Shown here: positions 13,152 through 27,148 of the stretch, in pieces
Numbering within the stretch: the first letter of the stretch is position 1
How the letters are laid out: each line of letters starts with the position of its first letter
Assembly: GCF_009914755.1 (NCBI RefSeq)
Contig: NC_060932.1
Length of the DNA stretch: 64,000 nt
Direction: 5' to 3' (one strand)
Source of the DNA: the human T2T-CHM13v2.0 reference genome, Homo sapiens
Notes under the pieces: model-generated
Database searches by the model: none
What the model was told of the DNA's origin: nothing
What the model saw: only the letters and a program-made list of their open reading frames with translations
Position numbers and translations under genes: made by a program

Positions 13152-14599
13152 GTATCTAATCCTCATATTTAGTTGGTTATGTTACTGTTTTGCAATACGT
13201 GCCTCTAAAACACATTGCCCTTTTGTTAGTTCTTTGGCTTCTCTGTGGATTAAAAGATATCTTGGATGTGTTTCATTCTGTGTCCTAAATGCTCTGGCTA
13301 CACTTTTAAAAATAAATTAATTGTATATTCTGGTTAGATATCCACATTTTTCTTAGGTATTTCAAAACTCCTTTAGGCTACTACCAATTGTTTTATTCAA
13401 ATTAACAATATCATTTTTCTGGAGAATTCCACTTAGCTCTATGCTTTGACTACTACCTAAATACCACCTCATAAAAAACAGTTTATGTTGACATCATTTC
13501 TGTCACACTCTATTCCTTTCCGTAACACCCTTAATAAAAGGTCATTTGAAGACCACCATTGATGAGTGAGTGATCTTATCATCAGCTGAAGTGAAGTTTT
13601 TCAAAGAGTTTGGATGTCATGAATGGTTAAGAACCTGGGACAACTGATTGCCTATTTGTTTAGTAACAAATGTGTTGTCAGTGCTTCTGAACAGTTGCAT
13701 TATCTAGTGGTATTTGAATGCATCATTGCCACCAAATAGAACTAGTGTTACAAGCACCTCTTCAAGCGTGGGATGTTTTAGATATATTGCCTTCTATTTG
13801 TGTTTAGACAAGGATCAGGTTAGTCATCCAAGAAAAACTTGCAAATAGTTTGACTTTGTTTAGAATGGATACACTGTGACAATGTTAACAATTTTCCATT
13901 TCCCCTAAGGAATGAAAAAAAAAAAAAGACTTCATGCATTTGGCAATTAGTTTACGATATCTCCAAATTAGAGTACTTTTTGTCTGTTGTACATGTTAAA
14001 CGGAATTTTTCCAATTAATAGGTACTTCCCTAAAAATAAATATTGAAAATTGTACTACCCTAGTAGTGCAATTTTTCCAGCTACTGAGGTATTACTTAGG
14101 GACTTGAATCTGCTTTTTTTTTTTTTGCTTTTATTAAATGGAAATATTAAAATCTGTAACTTAAAAGGTTAAGTTTTTTAAAGTTAAATTCAGTTTCTGA
14201 AAAATTCCAATTTCTAGAAGTATCTTAAGCACCACAAATGATTACTTGTAGAAATGGAAAAATTTGCACGTGAATCAAAATTAATTGATTCTCATTGATT
14301 TTTTTTTTCTACATTACCTCATCAATCCTCAGAGCAACCTTCCAGGCTTGACTTTCTTCAGCATATTTTAGAATAGTGGAAGCTGAGGCTTTCAGATACT
14401 TAGACCGTTGTCCAAGGATTCAAATCCAAGGCTTTCTAAGACAATGATATTCTTACCACACTCTACTTATGTCTTTCCCCTCCTTCCGCCTACTTAACTC
14501 TTCCCCTTCCTTCCATCTCTCATCTCCTTCTCTCCAGAAGAATAACAGCTACTAATATTTGAATAGCCCTTTACATTTCTAAATTGCTTTCATTTTCAT

Positions 14600-15890
14600 T
14601 TGTTTACCTAGCAGATATTTATTGAGCATCTACTATTTACTTGGCTTTATTCCAACCACTGGGGTTAAAGTGGCAACATAAGCAAAATCCTTCTCTCATG
14701 GAAATGTATGTTAGTGGAGAGACAAACAAGTAAAAAAAGACATACTTTCAGATACTGATAAATGTTATGAAAGGGAGCAAGAGTCATGGGGACTGGAAAA
14801 GAAGGTAGACTGTTAGGAAGAGCTTTGCTGAAGAGTGAAGAGGTAACTTCTGGGGAGAGACTGTGAAGAATGAGCTATGCGAAGTTCTGGGTAAAGTCTT
14901 CTAGACAGAGGTAACAGCAAATGCCAAGGGCCTGAGGACAGAGAAGCTTAGTTTATTTGAGAAAATGCCAAAAGGTAAAGTAAGTGGACAGGAAAATTGT
15001 AGGCGATGAGTAAGGAGAGGTAGATATGGGTCAAATCTTTTAAGACTCTGTAGGCTAAGGTAAGAAGTTTAGTTATTCAAAGAGTGACTGTAAGAGTGAT
15101 GGGAAGCCACTATAGTATTTAAACTTTAAATCAGGAGTCAGCAAACTACTGCACCTATTTTTGTAAGTAAAATTGTATTGGAACACAGCCATTCTCATTC
15201 ATTTAATATACTGTCTGCAGCTGTTTTTACACTATAATGGTAAAGTTGAGGCAACAGAGACCATGTAGCCAGTAAAAATGAAAATATTGACTCTCTGGCC
15301 CTTTACAGAAAAAGTTTGTGAACCTTGCTTTAGCATAGGCATGATGCTCATTCAGCAAATATTCAACAAGTATTGACAATCAACTGTGACACTCAGATGT
15401 GGTCTAATTCATGTGCCAGATATCTGATTCATGTTTCAAGAGATATCTTGGCTGCTACATAACAGAATAGATTTTAGGTGGCCTGGCTTTGAAAGGAAGA
15501 GACAGGTTAAGATACTGTTATAGGTGCCCAGGCAATAGATAAGCATGGCTTGGACCAGGGTAAGAGTAGGGAAAAGGGGTCAGATATTGATTGGATCATT
15601 TAAAAAGTAGAGCTGATAGTACCTGTTCGTGGATATTTCATTATAAGAGAAAAAGGAATCAGGAACTCCTAGGGCTTTGGCTTGAACCACAGGCTGAAAC
15701 AATGCCATTTGCTGAGCTAAGCAAAACCATGAATTTAGGGTTAGGAGGGAATCAAGAGTTTTATTAGGAACCAGTCATATTTTAGATTCCTAATAGTTAT
15801 CTCAATGAAAAATTAAGCAGGCAAGTTGGATATGTGAATCTAGCGGTCAAGGGTGCAGTCAGGACTACTGATTAGTAGTCATTAGTGTAT
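14600..15890 (-). mobile_element. L2 LINE fragment, interrupted by MER58A
   Basis: L2 3' end in antisense (atatttattgagcatctacta...) followed by typical L2 body. Confidence 0.7.
15132..15327. mobile_element. MER58A-like hAT-Charlie MITE
   Basis: Terminal inverted repeats caggagtcagcaaact...agtttgtgaaccttg, with internal ttggaacacagccattctcattcattta. Confidence 0.8.
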
Positions 15891-15894
15891 ATCC

Positions 15895-16780
15895 ACATTG
15901 TCTGCAGCTTAAACTTCTCCCCTGAATTTCAGGCTTTTGCAATGTACTGCCTACTCAGCATCTCCACTTGAAGATCCAGTAGATGTCTTAGACTTAATGG
16001 TTGCAAACCTGAACTCCTGGTCATTCCATAAAACTTGTTCTGCAAACCATCTTCCCTGTTTCAGTTCATAGGACTTCGGTTCTTCTTAGTTCTTGTGGCC
16101 AAAATTTTGGACTCCCTCTTTTCACATTCTACGTACAATCAGTCTATCAACAAATCCTATTGATACTACCTGTATAAGAATTTAACCATTCCTAGCCACC
16201 TCCACTGCTACCATCCAAGAAACCATTCTGTCTTGCCTGGAGTGTTGGAATTTCCCCCCAGATCATCCTTCTGCTTCCAGCTTTGCCTCCCTGCAATCTA
16301 TTCTGCATTTAGAATTCACGGAAATGTTTTTGACTGTGATTTCGATCATACCACAGTAAGATTGCCATTCTTCTCAAAGTAAAAGCCAGAATCCTTACAG
16401 TGGCTCCTACACACACTGCTCCCTCATTACCTTTGACCTCACTTCCTATATTCTGATCCTCCTAGCTCACTCTGCACCAACCACAGAAACTCTTTACTGT
16501 TTCTCAAATCTTCTGTCTTAGGGCTTTGTATATGTTGTCCCCTCTGATGAGAATGTTCTTCCCTTAATAGCCACATGGCTCGTTATGCTATTTCTCAATT
16601 ATGCCTACCCTTTCTAATCTAATATATAAATAATAGCCTATTATATGAATAATATATAACCTATTATATAAATGATACTCCCTCTCCTGGCTGTCCTTAT
16701 TCCTTCCTACCTTAATCTGTTTTTATTTCCATAGCATAATCATATTCTAACATACTGTATAATTTGCTTATTTCCTAACA
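15895..16780 (+). mobile_element. L2 LINE fragment
   Basis: actgcctactcagcatctccacttg...cctgaactcctg..., a sense L2 body. Confidence 0.7.
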
Positions 16781-18131
16781 AATATGTTTTATGTATATGT
16801 ATGCAAATATATATATTATGTTGAACTCTTGTTAATTGATGGATAGATGGTATTTTAAAATGTAGAACTTGAAGCTTTTTTGTTTTATGAATTTTACCTA
16901 CAGATTTATTCACTCATGATGAAATGGCACATGTACAAGGTTACTAATTATAATGTTGTTTGTAATAGCAACAGGCTGGAAATGGCCTAAATGTCTTTCA
17001 GTAAGTCACTGATCAAATATATCATGATATATCTATAGAATAGAATAAGGTGCAGCTGAAGAGAGATGAAAAAAAATTCTTTACTAGTGCAGAACTATCT
17101 CCAAGATATACTAAGTGTGAAAAGGGCATGATTTAGAGCCGTTTGTAGACTATAAAAAGCTTATGCTAACTCTGGAAGGATTCACAGGACTAGAAATTGG
17201 TTCCTCTAAGGAAGGAAACTACATGGCTAAGGGTGGAAGGGACATTTTGTGCTATACAATCTTTGGGCCTTTTGAATTTTGAACAAGTGAATATATTAAA
17301 TAAATAATTTAAAAATTTTTAAAATGCCATGGGACTAGGTAAACTTATCTAGGAGATAATGTAGATAGTGACCAGAAGGGATGGAAAGATGACTTCTCAT
17401 ACTAACCATGTAATGCAAATGTTAACAAGAAAGTAGTATAATTATTATTATTAAGCTTTAAGGAAATGGATATTCAGAAAGATTTAAGTGGCTTACCTTA
17501 GGTCATTCAGCCAGTAAATTTTGGAGTTTGGATTTATTTCTCCTAACCTTTTAAACTCACTTATATTTCTAAAAGTTATTATATACTTGCCATTTACATC
17601 AGTTACCAATAAACTTTGAACAGTATATATTGTGGCATCATTTATGGGATCAGCATGAATTTTGTGCTGAAAACAAACATGGCTTATATACACTTGAAAG
17701 CCTCATAAGACCATGTTTTCTGAACGTCTGTTTGTATTTAGTCAATACTTTATTGTAATGATTTGTTTGGATTTTTTGAGTTAGTCTTTTCCTCTTCCTA
17801 GCCTTTTGTTGTTTATTTTATTGAGGTAAAATTTGTATAACAAAAAATTAACCGTTTTAAACTGAATAATTCAGTGAGATTTAGTGAATTCACAATATTG
17901 TGCAACTGCCACCTCTTTCTACTTCTAAACCATTTTCCTCATACCAAAAGTAAGCCCCGTACCTATGATGCAGTCCCTTCCCGTTTCCTTCTCTCCTCAG
18001 TCCCTGGCAACCATCACTCTGCTTTATGTCTCTGTGGATTTACTTATTCTAATATTTAATTTCAGTGGAATCATATAGCATGTAACCTTTTTGTTTGGGT
18101 TCTTTCATAGTATTTTTATTATTCACTTAAA

Positions 18132-18440
18132 TTTATTTCTTTTAAGAAATGGGGTCTTTCTCTGCCACCCAGGCTGGAGTGCAGTGGTGCAACCATAGGT
18201 CACTGCAGCCCCGAACTCCTTGGCTCAAGTGATTCTCCCACCTTAGCCTCCCAGGGAGCTGGGACTATAGGCATGTCCCACTGTACCTGGCAATTTTTTT
18301 GGGGAGGGGGGGGTAGAGACAGGGTTTTTTTTTGTTTGTTTTTTTGCCTAGACTTGTCTCAAACTCCTGACTTCAAGTGATCCTCCCACCTCAACCTCCC
18401 AAAGTAGTGGGATCACAGGGGTGAGTCACCATACCTGGTC
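18132..18440 (-). mobile_element. AluJ-like
   Basis: Diverged dimeric Alu; TSD-like tcatagtatttt / tcatagtgtttt. Confidence 0.9.
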
Positions 18441-18869
18441 TCATAGTGTTTTTTAGGTTCATCCACATTGTAGTATGTATCAGTATTTCATTCTTTGCTA
18501 TGGCTGAATAATAATAATAGTCCATTTTATGTAAATACCACAATTTGTTTATCCATTCATCCTTCCATAGACATTTGGGCGATTTCTATCTTTGGCTGTT
18601 GTGAGTAGTGCTGCTGTGAATATATGTGTACATGTAGTTTTGATTTGTATTTCCCCGGGGAGTAATTATATTCAGCATCTTTTTATATGCTTATTGGCCA
18701 TTTCTTTGGAGAAATGATTTTTCAAGTCCTTTGCCCATTTTTAAATTAGGTTGTTTATCATTTTGTTACTGCTTTGTACATGTTCTTTATATAAACTGGA
18801 TTCTAGAGCCTTATCAGATATATTATTTGCAACTATTTTCTCCCATTTTGTGGATTGTCTTTTCACTTT

Positions 18870-19053
18870 ATTTTTATTTATTATTTATCTTTAATTTTTT
18901 TCTACAGACAGGGTCTCACTCTGTTACCCAGGCAGGAGTGCAGTGGCATGATCATACTCACTGCGACCTCAAACTCCTGGGCTCAAGTGATCCTCCTGCC
19001 TCAGCTTCTCAAGTAGCTAGGAGTACAGTCCCATGCTACCACACCCAGCTAAT
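18870..19053 (-). mobile_element. Alu right-arm monomer or truncated AluJ
   Basis: agacagggtctcactctg...cacccagctaattt only. Confidence 0.85.
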
Positions 19054-19367
19054 TTTGATAGTGTTCTTTAATGTACATGTTTTTAGTTTGATGAAGTCTA
19101 ATTTATCTATTTTTATTTTGTTCCTTATGTGTTTGGTGTCATATTTAAGCAGTTGTTGGCAATTCAAGGTCATGAAGTTTTGTCTGGTTATTTTGTAAGT
19201 CTACTAGCTTTAACTATTAAATTTAGAACTTTGATCTGTTTTGAATTAGTTTTTATAAATGGTATGAAGTTAGGGTCTAGCTTCTTTCTTTTGCATGTGG
19301 ATATCCAGTTGTCATAGCACCATTTATTGAAGAAACAATTCCTTCCCCAATAAATGATATTGACATC

Positions 19368-19758
19368 TATATTAGTTCACTTTCACACTGCTATAAAGAG
19401 ATGCTTGAGACTGGGTAATTTATAAAGGAAAGAGGTTTAATTGACCCAGTTCTACATGGCTGGGGAGGCCTGAGAAAACTTACAATCATGGCGGAAGGCA
19501 AAGAAGAAGCAAGTACCTTCATCACAAGGCAGCAGGAGAGAAAGAGAGAACACACAGGAAAAACTGCCATTTATAAAACCATCAGATCTCATGAGAATTC
19601 ACTCACTATCACGAGAACAGCATGGGGTGAACTGCCTCCATAATCCAGTCACTTCCCTCCCTCAACATGGGGGGATTATAGGTCCCTCCCTCCCTGGACA
19701 CGTGGGGATTGCAATTTGAGATGAGATTTGGGTGGGGACACAGAGCCAAACCATATCA
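19368..19758 (-). mobile_element. THE1-family MaLR solo LTR (THE1C/D-like)
   Basis: Ends ...gatttgggtggggacacagagccaaaccatatca. 5-bp TSD-like acatc/acatt. Confidence 0.9.
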
Positions 19759-21656
19759 ACATTCTTATTGAAAGTCAGTTGACCATAAATATTTGAGTTT
19801 ATTCCGGTACTCTCAGTGCATGTATTTTTTGATGTTTTCAGCTTTTCAGTTATCATTGTTTTATTTTTGTTAGCATATAAGCTACTTCTTTTCACCTTAT
19901 TTCTAACAGTTAAGACAAGTTCCATTCAAGTCCTGATGGTTTATTCCAGTAGTGATTCTGAGGGTGAGGATGGTAGAGTGAAGAAATGGCCACACCCCTT
20001 TTGTCTGCCCCACTCTGACTGTCTGTCCCTCTTGGCCATTAAGAAACATTGCTTTAATTATCTCCATCAAAATACATGGCCCATTTGTTATTTTATAATT
20101 TTATATTTCTAAACACAAAGTGTTTAATCTACACAAAAGAATGATTGTATGTTCTGAATTTGACCTCTTTCCAAAAATGAGAACCATGTGTTGAAAAATC
20201 TGAAAGTTCAGATGTTGAACATTATAGTCTGTCATTTTTAAATTTATTTCTTAATCTCATGTCTGCCCCCCAATATATTGATATTTTTGTTTTCCCTTTA
20301 TTTAAAAATATTCCATCCTCGTGTGTTTTACTCCTACTAACAGTAGCCTGTCACTCAGACACTGCTGTTATGGCAGCAGGTCGCAGCATAAACTGGTGCA
20401 GAACCACAGCAGTGACTAGTTTTTTTGGCAACAAGCTCTCCACATCACGACAAACCCTTTCTGGTGCAGTCCTCCTAACTGATTCAAACAGCCTTCTACA
20501 GAAAACATGATGGGTGGGATAGGGTCACAAAGCAGGATCCAAGATTGGAATGGTCATAAATGATCAATGTAAGGAAAGGAAAGTAAACAATGTGAGGAGA
20601 AAAGACAGTAAGGATTCTCCCATTGCAAGTAAAAGATGAGTTGTAATTGAAGTAACATATACCAAAAGCTGAGTGTTTGGGTAATAAATCATTTGATCTA
20701 ATCAGTAGCTGGCTTATATGAAACTAGATCCCTGTGGGGCTTTCCCTGGCCTTCCAACACGGCCTTGTTAGTGTCCCTTCCTCTCACCCTTGTATTAAGT
20801 AAGAATTTGTTAGGCCTCAACTCGGCCTTCTGCTCTTCTCTCTGTTCTCTTTCTTAATTATGTTAATTTGCTGAGGAGAACCCATTAACTAAATGCAGCT
20901 CCTCTTGTCCAAATGTGTATTCTCTAAGATACATTGTACTTATTTCAAAGACTTTCCCTATTCAACTGAAGTAACAGCAGTGGCAATAATTGCAGTTTAT
21001 ACACATGACATTCCAGAAGAGGCCACCCTGACCACCAGTCCTTTACATTATCCCACACCAGCCCAGTGTGGAGGCACCCAGAACTGTACCTCTGAGGTCA
21101 TTGCACTTCCTGCCACTGCCCTGGCAGTGCTATAGTGACAGGAACAAGTGTGAATACACTGCGTTGACATGGAGTCAGCACTTTGATTTTGCATTGTCAT
21201 TATAAAGACATTCATGATCTAATGATGCTGAATTCCATTTGAGGAATACATGTGCAGGGGAAACTTTTTTATGGCTTTTTTTTCTGTTTTTTTTCTTTAT
21301 TATCATATTTACCTTACAAGGTTAAAAAAAATCAGGCATAAAAGAGAGGATTTTCAAAATTGAAACTTTTTAATTCTTTTTTATTGGAGCTTTTTTTTTG
21401 GAATTTAGTGCTGACACGACAGTGTTTACAAAATACTTTTACCTGTTATTCTAATAGCAGGCAGCACTACCCAGTGAAAGTAAGTCTGAGTGAATTTTAC
21501 ATTCCAGTTGGAGAACAACGTCAAAATGTGCCCTGGAAATGTTTACTTACAAGATACATTGCAAATGCTTAATCTGTTTTTTTCTCTTATGTGTAGATCC
21601 TGATTTTAATAAATTTGGCAATACTAAATGTATTTTCATTTCCTTTCCCAATATAG

Positions 21657-21765
21657 GGCATCACATTTGATGAATTCAGGTCATTTTTCCAGTTTTTAAA
21701 CAACCTAGAAGACTTTGCAATAGCCCTGAATATGTATAACTTTGCAAGTCGTTCTATAGGGCAAG
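21657..21765 (+). CDS. MICU3: MICU3 coding exon (109 nt), GITFDEFRSFFQFLNNLEDFAIALNMYNFASRSIGQ
   Basis: Pyrimidine tract with atag| acceptor and consensus AAG|gtaagt donor. GITFDEF...FLNNL is a MICU-family motif. Confidence 0.97.
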
Positions 21766-22401
21766 GTAAGTAATCATCTACAAAAATTAAAAGCAAGAAG
21801 TAATACTACATTGTTTCTATAGATTTTGGCAACCAATTAATTAAATATGACATATCACCCATCAACTTGTGTGAAAGTCCGGTGTATACTTTCAGTGACA
21901 AGTCAGTTCTGGTACTTGTCAGAAAACAGCCATGAGGGAAGAAACCTCATGGCCACTGGGTGACATTGAGGGACTTGTGTGTACCTATGGAGGAAGCAGC
22001 TGGTCGTGCCCTGTTCTTACAGGGTGGTATTTTATTTTACTAATTTAATGCCTGCTGACTCAGAAACTGGAATTTTCTCAGCAGAGCCACCTCTTAGCCA
22101 TGGATTTACATTAACCAACTAACCTGTAAAATTGAGTATCAGTTTTGCATAATTTTCAAATAAATACAGTGGTCATAGAATCCCAAGTGCTGGTGTCCTC
22201 AGAGCCAGCTGTCTTTGGCTATAGGTGGACTAAGAAGCCAAGCCCTTTTCCTAGGATCCTGTGGCTGTGATCACCTTCCCTCTCCTCATGGCCATGTCCT
22301 TTTTAAAACTTCTTGCCCTATGGGGACTTTGTTTGTCTTAAGGTGATTTTACCTGTCTCTGCCATAATCTGTGTTAATGCACAAGCTTAAACCCCAGAGG
22401 A

Positions 22402-22724
<323 letters not shown>

Positions 22725-24005
22725 CTAGAGAGAAGCCAAACTGCAGTCCCTAAGTGCTGATGATAATTTCTCTTTCCCAAAAACATAGATACTGATTTCA
22801 TCATGTGGCCTTATTCATTTATTCATTGAATAAGAGAAACCTGCAAAATTTTATATTTTACCCTTTCTGTAGTCTAGATGTTCAAATATGGCATATTCTC
22901 AACCCATTTTAGTGTTTTAAAGCCAAAACCTTTGGCAACTCTGCCTCTACAGACTAGCCATTACTGCTGTGATAAATCTCATCAACGTGCAAAGAAACAA
23001 ATCAATATCTGGTTACTGGGTTCAGAATAGAAAAGTTGTTTGTTTTTTAGAACTGGAAAATGAAAAAAATTGATGGTGTCACCTGTCTTGCAGGCGCTAG
23101 AAATACGTCCATCTCTTTTTGCCATCACAAGTATCTTTATTCAGGTTATTACCTCTTAAAAGGAATATTGTAGTAGCCACCAAAGTGACAATCCTGCTAC
23201 TAGCTGCTTTCCTCTTTGATGTTTCCTACACACCTGACAGAATAATCTTTCTTAAAAAATTAACTTTTCTATGACACATCTGCAATGGAAAACTCTTAAG
23301 TTTTCCAATTGCCTATTGAAGAATGTTCTGGTTCCCTGCCTCAAAGTCCCTGTGCAGAGTTTCTTGAGATCCTAGATGTCCCCTGCTCCACCCAAACCAG
23401 ACTCCCTGTTTTCTGAATGTGCTTTATGCCCTCCCACCTCCCCGCCTGCCTTGGTTCATTCATGTCATCTCATCTGCCATTTCTGTCATCTCTATAAGCT
23501 GAAATTGTCCTTTTGTGTTCAGCTCAAAGACAAAATCACATCCTTTTCCTAACCACTGCCTTTCTCTCCCTTCTCCCTGCTCCACACTAAACACAGAAGT
23601 GATCACTCATCTCCAGATTCTCATAGCACTTTATTGGTAGTTTTTGTGTGGCCCCTGTAATGATTATTTGGGCAGGGGTCTCATTTCCCATCTGAACCGT
23701 AAGTTTCTTGAAAACCTATTCATCTTACTAACTTCTAAAGTATCTGTCACTGATAGTAGGTGCTCATTAAACATTCATCGAATGTGAATGCATTATTAAC
23801 CTAAGATACAGCTGTTGCTTGGCTCTTTTCATTTAAACCACAAAAATGTTCATTACCTAAAAGACAGCAGGATTAATGGAAGGCCATGTTGCATAAGATC
23901 ATGATTCACATTTAGAAAACAACTTCTTTTACAACCTTTCTAGTAATTAACACATATTATAAAAATAATAACAGTCTATTCTTTTTCTATGTAACATTTA
24001 TCTAG

Positions 24006-24163
24006 ATGAATTTAAACGTGCCGTCTATGTAGCTACTGGACTCAAATTTTCACCACATTTAGTGAACACTGTCTTCAAGATTTTTGATGTTGACAAAGAT
24101 GATCAATTAAGTTATAAAGAATTTATTGGAATTATGAAAGACAGACTCCATAGAGGATTCCGG
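24006..24163 (+). CDS. MICU3: MICU3 coding exon (158 nt) with the C-terminal canonical EF-hand loop DVDKDDQLSYKE
   Basis: Acceptor tctag| and donor CGG|gtaaac. Translates (D)EFKRAVYVATGLKFSPHLVNTVFKIFDVDKDDQLSYKEFIGIMKDRLHRGFR. Confidence 0.97.
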
Positions 24164-24521
24164 GTAAACCTACACATTTTAAACCTATTGATATCCTTTT
24201 TAAAGTCTGAGGGAAATCAATCCATCTAAGTTGAGAAATAATTTATCTTAATTTCTTAAGGATATAAACATGAATGCTTTATTTGAAAAGAAAAAACATA
24301 GGCCTTACTTCCCTTAAAAAACAATTTGAGGTGATAAAAGAGAATGCTTTTTAAAAAATGTGAAATCAGTTTGACCTTATAATAATTTATTTTCATAGTC
24401 AGTCTAATGTCTTCATCCTAGTTTGTGGAAGAAAAATGTTGCCAAATATTTTCAAAAAATTTAGTCTGCATATTAGCTTTTCGGACTTGTTACTATACAA
24501 ATAAATATCACTATTTGTCAC

Positions 24522-24840
<319 letters not shown>

Positions 24841-25170
24841 ACTATTTCTCATTTTAGATGACACAGATTTCCTCTAGGTAACTTGATGCTCTTATGTTAC
24901 TGCATAATCATTACTTTTTAATATGAAAAATAAGTTAAAAATTTTTTTATCGAAATCTTACAGTAAAAAATAATTACCAGAAATTCAGTGATTTTTTTCC
25001 CCCAAGAAACATGTTTTAAAGCTGGAAATATAGTATGAATCAATAAATGTGTACATATCTAACATATTATGGATGTGCCACAAATAGAAAAAGAGAAAAA
25101 ATGTTCTGTTAAAATTAAGAGCTAGAATATTCAATCTTCCCTCTTGCAAGAATATCCCTAAGTTTTATCC

Positions 25171-25472
<302 letters not shown>

Positions 25473-25600
25473 AGTATTATACATTTTAAAAGAGAAAAAG
25501 TTATATATCCAAAACCTCAAGATTCATCTGAGACAGTATTTTTAAAGATTTTTAATGACTTTAAAGTCCAAGCTACTTGAGTAAAGATGCTGTGTACTTA

Positions 25601-25618
25601 ACTGCCACCTGGTGGTTA
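25601..25618 (-). promoter_or_regulatory. Candidate CTCF site
   Basis: Minus strand reads TAACCACCAGGTGGCAGT, a close match to the CTCF core CCASYAGRKGGCRS. Confidence 0.55.
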
Positions 25619-25828
25619 GTTGTTAACATTTTAGATGATGCCAGAAGTACTTGAAACAAGTTACATTGAAAATCGTTTATTTTGCCTCAAAAATTTTAGA
25701 GGAGCAAGATCAAATTAAATATAAAGTACGCTAGAAACGTTTGCCACTGTATTGCTCTCTTAAGTGTTATGTTTTTATTTTTATTTATTACATACCTGTG
25801 GCCTTTAGCATTTTATTTACATTTGCCC

Positions 25829-26238
25829 TTTTTTTAATTTTTATTTTTAATCAACAAATAATAGCATACAAATATGTATTTATGGGGTAAATGTGATATT
25901 TTGGTATATATATATAGTGGAATGATTATATCAAACTTATTAACAAATCTATCAGCTCACATTTTATTGTGAGAACATTTTAAATGTACTTTTTAAAAGC
26001 ATTTTTGAAATATGAAATACATGATTACTAACTATGGTCAACTTACTGCACAATAGATCTCAAAATCATATTCTTCCTGTCTAATTGGAACTTTGTATCC
26101 TTTGGTCACCTTCCCCCTTTCCTCCCCAGTCCCCCAGCCTTCCAGCCTCTGGTAATTAACATTCTACTCTCCACTTCTATGAGTTTGACTTTTTAGATTC
26201 CACATGTAAGTGAAATCACGCTGTATTTGTCTTTCTGT
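25829..26238 (-). mobile_element. 5'-truncated L1MA-type 3' end
   Basis: attctactctccacttctatgagtttgactttttagattccacatgtaagtga is L1MA 3'UTR. Flanked by a tacatttgc direct repeat. Confidence 0.8.
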
Positions 26239-26270
26239 ACATTTGCACACTTTGCTCTTCTGTTTTACAG

Positions 26271-26339
26271 GGTTATAAAACAGTCCAGAAGTACCCCACT
26301 TTCAAATCCTGCCTGAAGAAAGAACTTCACAGCAGATAA
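26271..26339 (+). CDS. MICU3: MICU3 last coding exon, GYKTVQKYPTFKSCLKKELHSR*, including the C-terminal Cys typical of MICU disulfide dimerisation
   Basis: Acceptor tgttttacag|. TAA stop at 26337-26339 is followed directly by a gtatgt donor. Confidence 0.95.
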   Translation, partial: GYKTVQKYPTFKSCLKKELHSR

Positions 26340-27096
26340 GTATGTTAGCTTCTATTTGTCTAAATTTGTTCAGTAACAATAGGGATCATAATTTATTTTT
26401 CTGTTATAACATTTAGAAAATAGCTGAAAGAAATAGAATTATCTAATTTATTTTTAATTTTTAAGTCATTAGAGTATCTTGATTGAAAAATTTTACGTTA
26501 AACCTGAAGTTTTGTATGTGAGCAGACAATGTAATAAATCAAAATTGGACTTTTATAATATAGGATAATTAGCACCCAAAGAATATTTGTTACTGTTTTT
26601 TAGGATCATGATTCTGAGCATCCACAGAAAATAACAGCTTATTTGTTTAGTTATTTTAGTTGTCTGGCACTATATTAAGTGTTCTTCCACAGGTAGTATC
26701 TCATTTAATTCTCACAGATATCCCATTTAACAACAGAGAAAAATCAATGTTTAACAAGTAACTTGCATAGGATAACTTGCTAGTCAGTGGAAAACCAGAA
26801 TTTAAGCTTCATTCTATCTTATTCATTTATTACTTCCTATTTATTATAACTTATTATTCCTTATCACATTTTTATTATTTATAACCCAAAAAATGTGTCA
26901 AACTTGTTTCTAATCTCCAAGCGAGGAGTTTGTTTTTTTCTTTTTTCTTTCAAAAGTCAACTGTAGCGATAAAATTTTGGTCAGTTGTGGGTTTTTATTA
27001 GTTAGATTTCTGCAATGGAGATTTTATTGTTGGTTTAAAAATGCTTGCAAGTATATTCATGTATATGTTTCTTGCTGTTTTTCTCAAGCTTGAAGC

Positions 27097-27139
<43 letters not shown>

Positions 27140-27148
27140 GATAGATAG
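27097..27148. repeat. (GATA)n tetranucleotide STR with one interruption
   Basis: atag repeated ~13 times with one ataa unit. Confidence 0.98.

Larger units (their letters stand above)
17812..19815 (-). mobile_element. L1MB-type LINE 3' portion hosting two Alus and a THE1 LTR
   Basis: Antisense L1 3'UTR (ttgaggtaaaattt...cacaatattgtgcaac...cctggcaaccatca) that resumes after each insert. Confidence 0.8.
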
